Below, in pieces: positions 28,891-36,269 of a stretch of DNA of 64,000 nucleotides. The stretch comes from Alphaproteobacteria bacterium (GTDB lineage: Bacteria > Pseudomonadota > Alphaproteobacteria > SP197): the NCBI GenBank assembly GCA_965116515.1, contig OZ220705.1, positions 2,399,565 through 2,463,564 of the forward strand. Reading direction: 5' to 3'. How positions within the stretch are numbered: the first letter of the stretch is position 1; each line of letters starts with the position of its first letter. Made by a program: the position numbers and the translations under genes. The notes under the pieces are model-generated. The model was not told the origin of the DNA. It did not search any database and saw only the letters and a list, made by a program, of their open reading frames with translations.

Positions 28891-29817
28891 TCATCGGACA
28901 TTTCGTCCGGGCTCGCTGCCGACGACTGTGAGCCAGGCAGGATCGCCGTCTTCCCGAGTGGTCCAGAAATCATCGCTCACGCGCTCGTCGTATGAGCCGG
29001 GCGTCTCCATGCCGAGATGCCGGTAGAAGTCCGTGTCCCCGGGCTTTCCTCTGTAGTACATGAGAATGGCCAAGCCGCCAGGCTTGAGAAGCCATCGGAC
29101 CTTCCTGGACACAAGTTCGGGCGCGCCGATGTAGGAAGGCACGCCGCAGAGAGCGACGACCAGATCGAACCTCTGACGCGGCTTCGGCCAGTAGTCCTCG
29201 AACGCCGTGCGGATCAGACGGCCGCGAAACTCGGGGTGCTTGTCGCCGAAGACACCGAGCATTCCCCGGCTGGGATCGATACCGGCATAGTGCTCCGGAT
29301 CGACATGCCCGAACCTGAAATCGACGAGAGTTCCGGTGCCGCAGCCGATGTCGAGAATGTCGGCATCGGGCTCGATCTCAAGTGATTCGTAGACCCGCTT
29401 GCTCCGCTCGATATCAGATTTCTTCCTGTGCACTCCGAGATCGTAAGCGTCGGCAACGGCCGCATAGGGATCGAATGAAGGCTCATGAATGGCCCTGTTG
29501 ATGAGGATGTGGTCGACGCTCGCCCCCATCGTCCAGTACTTGTAGCCGTTCGCGGAGAAACGACGATACCAGTAACCCCTGAAGAACTCCTCGATGCGCT
29601 CCACGGCCCTCATCTTCCTGAGAGCCTCGACGAACTGACCCTCTGCACGCCATGTGCTCTTGAGCGTGTAGGAATGCGGTGCGCCGGGCATCGTCTTGGC
29701 GAACTGGTACGGGTAATTCTCCAGAAGCTCGGTCAGTTCCGCACAGGTATCGAAGACCGTTTCGCTCCATTCCGGAGCGGTCTCGACAGGACGAAATCTC
29801 TCGTTGTGGAGCGTCAT
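28891..29817 (-). CDS. Class I SAM-dependent methyltransferase with a ~140-aa N-terminal domain of unknown function. This is not a DNA MTase (no (D/N/S)PP(Y/F) motif).
   Basis: Motif I ILDIGCGTG, post-I acidic residue, LLKPGG; ATG 29817 after RBS AGGGGA. Convergent with the PD-(D/E)xK gene. Confidence 0.75.
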   Translation of the reverse strand: MTLHNERFRPVETAPEWSETVFDTCAELTELLENYPYQFAKTMPGAPHSYTLKSTWRAEGQFVEALRKMRAVERIEEFFRGYWYRRFSANGYKYWTMGASVDHILINRAIHEPSFDPYAAVADAYDLGVHRKKSDIERSKRVYESLEIEPDADILDIGCGTGTLVDFRFGHVDPEHYAGIDPSRGMLGVFGDKHPEFRGRLIRTAFEDYWPKPRQRFDLVVALCGVPSYIGAPELVSRKVRWLLKPGGLAILMYYRGKPGDTDFYRHLGMETPGSYDERVSDDFWTTREDGDPAWLTVVGSEPGRNVR

Positions 29818-30105
29818 GTCCTTGTCCCCTGTCAATGTCGGTCAACTCTGATTCACGCGATCGGCGATTTGTGAGTATCGCAACACCATTGACACGCAAC
29901 GATAGCCTGGCCGCATGGCGCCCTTCGAGAAGGGAATGCCGGCAAGGACAGCATGCGCGGCCACGGCATTGCGCAAGGTGTGGTTATCAGCGGTGGCGGA
30001 CTTCCTCGTCAGAGTGGGTCTGCAGATAGTGGTTGAGGTGCGCACTGCGTGTCCCCCGGGCTTCCTTGATCTCCTCGCTCTGTTCCTTGAGCACTCGAAG
30101 AAGGG

Positions 30106-31511
30106 TCATGTCGCGGCGCAGACGGGCTGGGCGAAGAGTATGTCTCGCGGATGTTCGCCGTGTGGAAAGGCCGCGTACCTCGCGAGGCCGGTCTCGTCTG
30201 TCGTTGGTTCGTCAAGGCGGGCGAGCACGTCTCGGCGGGCAAGGCGATAGGCGTCGGCTTCGTCGCGATCAACTCGATACGTGGCGGCGCGAACCGCAGG
30301 GCGTTGCAGGTGGCGACCACAGGACGTCCGATCTTTGATGCCTGGTCGGATGAGCCATGGGTGATCGACGGCGCGGCGGTGCGGGTGTCTCTGGTCTGCT
30401 TCCCCGGGACTGGCGATGCAGACAGGCCGGAGTTGCGCATGGACGGAGAACCCGTCGACGAAATCCATCCCGACCTCACGGCCACGCGCGGCGGGGTTGG
30501 GATCGACCGGAGCGAGCCCCAACGCATCCCTGCGAACATCGGAGCCGTCTTCATGGGCGATACCAAGAGCGGGCCGTTTGACGTTCCCGGAGAACTCGCT
30601 CGGGAGTGGCTTCGCCTTCCGTCGAATCCGAATGGCCGCCCGAATTCCGATGTTCTGAAACCCTGGGTCAACGGCATCGACCTTACCCGCCGTCCGGCGG
30701 GCAAGTAGATTGTGGATTTCGGATGGGAAATGTCGGAGACGGAAGCGACGCTCTACGAAGCACCTTTCGCGCACGTCAGGGAACACGTCTGGTCGATGCG
30801 ACAGCGGAACCGGGCACCGGCAGTCAGCAAGATCTGGTGGCGGCATGAGCGCCCAAGGCCGGAGATGTGGCGGGCGCTGAACGGACTGCCTCGCTACATC
30901 GTGGCCCCTCGCGTTGCCAAGCATCGCTTGTTCGTATGGTGCGATGCTCGCGTTTGCCCCGACAGCACGACCATCGCTATCGCCCGCGACGACGATGTGA
31001 CCCTCGGCATTCTGCACAGCCGGTTTCATGAGGCATGGTCGCTGCGGTTCGGGACGTGGCTCGGCAAGGGCAACGACCCGCGCTACACGCCCACCCCACC
31101 TTCGAGACTTTCCCTTTCCCGGGCGGTCTGTCGCCGGACATTCCCGCCACCGACAACGCGGCCGACCCGCGCGCCGTCGCCATTGCGGATGCGGCCAGGA
31201 GATTGGTCGAGTTGCGCGACCGCTGGCTCAACCCGCCCGAATGGGTGGAGTGGGTGGACGAGACGGTTCCCGGCTATCCGAAACGCCCTGTCGCCCGTGA
31301 TGAAGCAGCGGCGAAGGAACTCAAGGCCCGCACGCTGACCAAACTCTACAATACCCGGCCGCGGTGGCTCGATGATGCCCAACAAGCGCTCGACGCTGCC
31401 GTGGCGGCGGCCTACGAGTGGGATGTGGGAGTTTCCGAGGACGACGCGCTCGAGGCGCTGCTGATACGGAACCGGACGGAACCGGGATCCGCTGGACGGA
31501 CCGGACAATGA
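30106..31511 (+). pseudogene. 3' remnant of a type IIG restriction-modification / MmeI-PglX-like methyltransferase gene (helicase-like and TRD/C-terminal region only). It has an internal stop at 30706-30708 and a frameshift near 31085.
   Basis: Family-typical segments NSIRGGANRR, FDAWSDEPWVIDGAAVRVSL, TFETFPFP and the C-terminal KLYNTRPRWLDDAQQALDAAVAAAYEWD are spread over three frames. The N-terminal nuclease and MTase catalytic domains are absent. Confidence 0.7.
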
Positions 31512-31797
31512 CGGCGGGAGCCGCCGATTGGATCCACCGGCCATCGGAGACCTGGATGATGTTCCTGCGCTCCACCCGTCATCGCCACTCGGAGCCGCCA
31601 TCAGGGAGAAGTGGGGTGGCGGGCAACGGGGCCGCGTGGTCGATCTGATTGATACTGGCGACTGCGACAATCCGGACGATCCGCTCGCTTGCCTCGAGAT
31701 TGCCGGAGAGGATGGCGCGTTGCATGCGTGGTTCCTTGCCAGCGGCATTCGCGCGGGGACACTCTGCGATCCGGAGCTTTCCCCGTCGGTCGATGCC

Positions 31798-31929
31798 ATG
31801 GTTTCGGAGCACCGTCCGAATACACCAGACCATCCGGGCCGGCTGTACGACAGGCATGTTTTCATCTTCATTCCGGAGGAGGAAACGTGGTACCCGTGGA
31901 GGCGTTACCGCGGGCCTCCTGCCGATTGA
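31798..31929 (+). CDS. Small conserved ORF (43 aa) inside the cassette, MVSEHRP...EEETWYPWRRYRG; its counterpart in copy 2 is 61197..61328.
   Basis: Conserved at the amino-acid level between the two copies, with conservative substitutions; no known family. Confidence 0.25.
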   Translation: MVSEHRPNTPDHPGRLYDRHVFIFIPEEETWYPWRRYRGPPAD

Positions 31930-32009
31930 AGGGTGGACGTTGGCGGAGTGCCGCTTCATCGGCGCCTTTCCTTGAAACTGTGCCGGCCTGTGGCAGACAG
32001 GGAGCGACC

Positions 32010-32888
32010 ATGAGAGTTGAGAAATCGTGGCCCGAAGGCACGTTCGTGTGGGAGGGCGAGGAACAGGAACACTATTGCGGCTCGCATTGGGATCCGTTCT
32101 ACGACAGCCCGGGCGATGTTCTCGAAGCCCTGTCCGTCATTATTCCGGACTCGGTGCCTCTGCAGACGTTCGGGGATGCCCGCTCCGGGCCCCATGACAT
32201 TCCCGCAGGCTGGACCACGGGCGGCCATCTCTGCTGGCCGAACTCCAATCGGGGTCTTGTAGCAACGCTGCGTGAGACAGGGAACGATCTCGAACTGACC
32301 AACATATGCCCGTTCGCCGGCGTCGGAATAGAGGCCGGCATCGAGATCGAGAAGGTTCATGTCTGGCCCAGTGGAGCGGAAGCGCAGATCAAAGGCGTCT
32401 GGGGCGGAGCAGCAGTCTCTTTCTTCGATCTCGCCTTTCTCGACAACCGCGCCTGGTACGAGGCCGGAGAACGCCGTCAATTTGACCTCGCGGGAATCGC
32501 CTACGAGGCCGGAGCGCCAAAGGTCGATACGCTGGCCATGGCTCCCGACTCGCCACTGGCGAACTGGCAGCGAGACCATGCCGGGATCGCGGGAGTGGAA
32601 ACCGCGAACATCGGTTTGGAAGGCTCCGGCAATTTTCTTCCCATTGCGGACTGGGACCGTGACGACTACCGGTTTCGCGGCCCGGTCCGCAGCGTGGCCG
32701 CTTTCGACGGCTGGCTTGGACAATCTGGATGGAAGGTAAGGGTCGCGATCATGCAATTTGAAGACGAGTGCGCCGAACTGGACGTTTTCGTGACCGATCG
32801 CGCTTGGCGCGGCAGTGAACCGCCCCTTGTCGGTCAGGATATCGAAGGCAGTCTTTGGTTGCAGGGTCGATTGTGGACTGCCACTTAG
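32010..32888 (+). CDS. Hypothetical protein (292 aa), cassette ORF; its paralogue at 61408..62289 carries a premature stop.
   Basis: RBS AGGGAG 6 nt before the ATG; good codon-composition ORF; no recognisable domain. Confidence 0.6.
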   Translation: MRVEKSWPEGTFVWEGEEQEHYCGSHWDPFYDSPGDVLEALSVIIPDSVPLQTFGDARSGPHDIPAGWTTGGHLCWPNSNRGLVATLRETGNDLELTNICPFAGVGIEAGIEIEKVHVWPSGAEAQIKGVWGGAAVSFFDLAFLDNRAWYEAGERRQFDLAGIAYEAGAPKVDTLAMAPDSPLANWQRDHAGIAGVETANIGLEGSGNFLPIADWDRDDYRFRGPVRSVAAFDGWLGQSGWKVRVAIMQFEDECAELDVFVTDRAWRGSEPPLVGQDIEGSLWLQGRLWTAT

Positions 32889-33123
32889 GTGGCGCTTGTC
32901 GATGGAGAATACGACTTGCAGTTCGCCAACCCCCTTGAAACTGAGATTGGCCTCCCCTGACACTGTGTTGCTCTGGAGCGTCATCCTCTGTCGACTCCCG
33001 CCGCCTTCCAGTGGTTGACCGCTTGCAGATCGGTCAGCGGGGTGAGGACGCCCTCGCCGGGTGGCGTGCTGGAGGATGCGCCGGCCATCGACGACTTCCT
33101 CCGGATACGACCCGACAGCGGGA

Positions 33124-33426
33124 TCAGCTGGAGATTGCAGGCCGGTTGCGCTCGTAGACCTCTTCCTCGGTTCTGACGGCACGGCTGTCCTGGAGCACCT
33201 GTCCGAGCAGGCGGACCATGGTCTTGTGATGCCCAGTGCGGGCCATCGCGCCGAGCCTGATCTTGAAGAGGATCCGCTGCTCCTCTTCGGCGAGAACGAC
33301 GCGTGGCGGGTCCTTCGCGCCGGCCGGCGTATTGCGGCTGAGTGCCCGGTCGACCAGATGACGCGACATCGACACGCCCTCGCGCATGGAGTCCGTCATT
33401 GGAAAGATCGAGCGAAATGGCCGCAT
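33124..33426 (-). CDS. Hypothetical small ORF (100 aa). An IS630 element is inserted 30 bp upstream of its start.
   Basis: ORF only; weak support. Confidence 0.2.
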   Translation of the reverse strand: MRPFRSIFPMTDSMREGVSMSRHLVDRALSRNTPAGAKDPPRVVLAEEEQRILFKIRLGAMARTGHHKTMVRLLGQVLQDSRAVRTEEEVYERNRPAISS

Positions 33427-33455
33427 TCTGCTTCCACGATCCTGACCGTCGCTAA

Positions 33456-34684
33456 TACCAAACCAACTAAGTGATGACTCTTGCGAATGATTCGCATTTG
33501 TATCGTATATGTTGGGTGTGATCGGTGGGGTTATCCTCTATTCTGTGGTTGTCGAGAACACAGAAGGAGGAGCCCATGTCGGCGAAGATCGCTGTGACGC
33601 GCACCGACCACACCCCTGAGAGCCTACGCAAGCTGGCGTTGTCGCACAAGTATCGAGACTGCCGGAGCCGTCTGCGGGCGCTGGCGTTGATGATTGAGGA
33701 CACCTTGTCTCGCGCCGAGACATCGCGTCGTGTCGGCGTTGATGTTCAAACCCTGCGCGACTGGGTTGTGCGCTACAATGAAGCGGGTGTTGACGGCTTG
33801 CGTGATGCTCAACGCCCGGGCCGCCCGCCGAAGTTGGACGCACGTCACAAGGCGCAACTCGTGGCCTGGATGGATGCCGGCCCGGACCTTGACGCCGGCG
33901 AGCCGTGCTGCTGGACGGTTGGCGACATCCGGCGTTGGATCAAGTGCCGCTTTGACATGGACTTCACCCTGGAGGGTGTGCGCCGGATGATCCACCGTCT
34001 CGACTTCCGGCATATGTCTCCACGGCCGATCCACCCTCGGGCAAAGCCTGAGGATCAGGAGAACTTCCGGCAGAACTTCCAACAGTTGGCGATGGCGGCC
34101 CTTCCTGAGGGCGTGTCTGGCAAGGATGTTCTGGTGTACTTCCAGGACGAGGCGCGCATTGGTCAGAAAGGGATGCTCTCACGGGTGTGGGCACGAAAGG
34201 GCACACGCCCGCGCATACCGCGGGACTACCGGTATGGCTACGTCTATCTGTTCTCGGCAGCCTGTCCCGAGACCGGCAACGCGGTCGGACATGTCTGCGA
34301 CAAGGCCAACACCGACGAAATGAACCGTCATCTGCGGGACGTCAGCAGCACGCTTCCCGAGAGCAAACATGCCCTGATGGTCCTCGACGGGGCAGGCTGG
34401 CACCGATCGAAGGACCTGGACATTCCGGCAAACGTCTCACTGCTCCGATTGCCGCCGTACAGTCCGGAACTGAACCCCACCGAAACGCTCTTCTCCGTCC
34501 TGAAACACCGACGCTTTGCGAACCGGGTGTTCGAAAGCGCCGAACATGTCAGGAAAACCGTGACCGAAGTATGGGACACCTTCAGCCACAACTCCGAGGA
34601 AATCATCCAGATCACCAGACGGCAATGGGCCAAAATATGAAATACAGACACAATCGCATCGGTGATTACTTTGTTGGTCTGGTA
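33456..34684 (+). mobile_element. IS630-family insertion sequence (~1.23 kb) with imperfect ~25-bp terminal inverted repeats and a TA target-site duplication.
   Basis: Left end TA|CCAAACCAACTAAGTGATGAC..., right end ...GTTGGTCTGG|TA (reverse complement CCAGACCAACAAAGTAATCAC). TA flanks at 33456-57 and 34683-84. GC content is lower than the surroundings. Confidence 0.75.
33576..34640 (+). CDS. IS630-family transposase (winged-helix HTH plus DDE_3).
   Basis: Strong RBS AAGGAGG. DDE_3 pattern (LVYFQDEARIGQKG ... VLDGAGWHRS ... LPPYSPELNPTE). Confidence 0.85.
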   Translation: MSAKIAVTRTDHTPESLRKLALSHKYRDCRSRLRALALMIEDTLSRAETSRRVGVDVQTLRDWVVRYNEAGVDGLRDAQRPGRPPKLDARHKAQLVAWMDAGPDLDAGEPCCWTVGDIRRWIKCRFDMDFTLEGVRRMIHRLDFRHMSPRPIHPRAKPEDQENFRQNFQQLAMAALPEGVSGKDVLVYFQDEARIGQKGMLSRVWARKGTRPRIPRDYRYGYVYLFSAACPETGNAVGHVCDKANTDEMNRHLRDVSSTLPESKHALMVLDGAGWHRSKDLDIPANVSLLRLPPYSPELNPTETLFSVLKHRRFANRVFESAEHVRKTVTEVWDTFSHNSEEIIQITRRQWAKI

Positions 34685-34804
34685 TAATACTGGCTGCGGT
34701 GATGGCTGATGGACTGGTCCCGACCACCAGCAATTCCCGCAACTCCATGGAGACAGTGGACGGCGGCCGGCCATCCCGCGGCGGGGATTCGAGGAGCCTG
34801 TTTC

Positions 34805-35653
34805 ATGATTCGAATTGTTTGCTGGAACATCGACAAGCGTGCCGAGCCCTGGCGTGAACTGGTCGAGATGGCGCGCGGGGACGAGGCCGATGTCGCACTG
34901 GTGCAGGAAGCATGCAGGCCGCCCGACGATGTTGCACCCCTTGTCTTCTACGAGAACGATGTCTTCTGGGGCCGGGGCTTGTTCGATCGCTGGCCCCTTG
35001 TGGTGAGACTGTCGGAGCGGGTCGACGTGGAATGGTTCAGGCATGTGGCTCCCGTGAGCGAGCTGGGCGAGAACGAAATCGGTGTCAGCGGCATCGGAAC
35101 GATCGCCGTCGCCCGTGTCGCACCGCGCGGCCGACCGGGTGAACCGTTTATCGCCGTCTCGATGTATGCGCGGTGGATGAATGTCTGTGAGCCAGGCGGA
35201 AAGTCATGGTGCAATTCGGATGCCTCGGCGCACCGTATCCTTTCGGACCTGTCGGCATATGCGGGTTACGACGACTGGATCGGTCACCGCATTCTGGCGG
35301 CGGGTGATCTGAACATGTTCCATGGCGCAACGGGCAAGAGACTCTCGCTCCCCGAACGCGAGCGCACGGTCTGGAACCGCTTCGCGGCGCTCGGGCTCGA
35401 GTTTCTGGGACCGCAGCTCCCGAACGGCCGTGCATCGCCAATGCCCCAGCCCGACGTGCCGATCGACACCGGAAATGTCCCGACGTACTACACCCCGCAG
35501 CAGAAATGCGCGGAGAACGCCAACCGGCAACTTGACTACGCCTTTGCCTCGCGCGGCTTCCACGAACGGGTGAACGTCCGAGCGATGAACGGTATCGAGG
35601 AGTGGGGGTCGAGTGATCATTGCCGGCTCCTGATCGAGGTGGACCCGGGGTAA
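34805..35653 (+). CDS. Endonuclease/exonuclease/phosphatase (EEP) family protein; no signal peptide.
   Basis: EEP motifs (IVCWNI N-terminus, C-terminal SDHCRL). Start at ATG 34805 after RBS GAGGAG. Confidence 0.75.
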   Translation: MIRIVCWNIDKRAEPWRELVEMARGDEADVALVQEACRPPDDVAPLVFYENDVFWGRGLFDRWPLVVRLSERVDVEWFRHVAPVSELGENEIGVSGIGTIAVARVAPRGRPGEPFIAVSMYARWMNVCEPGGKSWCNSDASAHRILSDLSAYAGYDDWIGHRILAAGDLNMFHGATGKRLSLPERERTVWNRFAALGLEFLGPQLPNGRASPMPQPDVPIDTGNVPTYYTPQQKCAENANRQLDYAFASRGFHERVNVRAMNGIEEWGSSDHCRLLIEVDPG

Positions 35654-35732
35654 GGGACGCGTACGGACAGGGATTGTGATGGTGACGTGGGCCGGACTCA
35701 CCACCTGGTGCGGGCGGTGCACGATGGGTCCG

Positions 35733-36025
35733 TCAGCATCGACTGCGGCACCAATAGAGCGAGTGCCGTTTGACGTTCTTCATGCTTGCCAGTGCCTGGG
35801 GGTGTAGACGAACTCGAAGCCGTTCCACAACGCCTTGGCCTCGTCCGGCGGGTAAGCTTCGTAGAGGGCGCCGGATTGATGGGTGATGAGATTGTCCATC
35901 ACCAGAGTGATGGTGGTGGCGTCCTGAGAGCGCTCGGCGATGTTGGCCAGGAACTGCGCCCAGTCGATCTTGGTCCTGCGCTTGCCGGCCAGAGGCTCTG
36001 TGGCCATGAACACGTTGCAGATGCC
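35733..36025 (-). pseudogene. C-terminal remnant (~95 aa) of a Tc1/IS630-superfamily DDE_3 transposase, different from the intact IS630 copy.
   Basis: YEFRRCG...LVMDNLITHQSGALYEAYPPDEAKALWNGFEFVYTPRHW matches the DDE_3 C-terminus (LDNxSxHK ... FHFTPxHxSWLN). The N-terminal part is absent and the 3' end is frameshifted. Confidence 0.55.
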
Positions 36026-36269
36026 GCACCGTCGAAACTCGTAGTCCTTGCACCGGTCGACGGGAGGATGGCGCCTTGCCGCTCCGTCCTGGACGGCAGC
36101 GCAAACCGAGCGATCATCTCCTTCCCCGATGACCCGCAGGTATCGCCATGCAGCCGCAACGCAATCGGCGATTCGGATTGCTGCTGCCCCGCAAGGAAGC
36201 TGTGTCACCCGGAATTCGGTCAGCCGCGTCCCAGCCGGACGCCGGTTCGACCGCACACCCCGGCGCGGT

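Larger units (their letters stand above)
31528..32890 (+). repeat. Copy 1 of a duplicated ~1.2-1.4 kb cassette; the other copy is at 60877-62290. It contains a degenerate MmeI-like N-terminal segment, a small conserved ORF and a 292-aa ORF.
   Basis: Nucleotide and protein colinearity with 61069-62290 (roughly 80-85% identical by eye). The high-identity part starts at 31671 ('aatccggacgatccgctcgcttgcctcgag'). Confidence 0.8.

Noticed and set aside
31956-33182. 408-aa minus-strand ORF antisense to the cassette ORF
   Set aside because: Arg/Pro/Gly-rich composition and no motifs; the plus-strand ORF is conserved in the second cassette copy and has an RBS.
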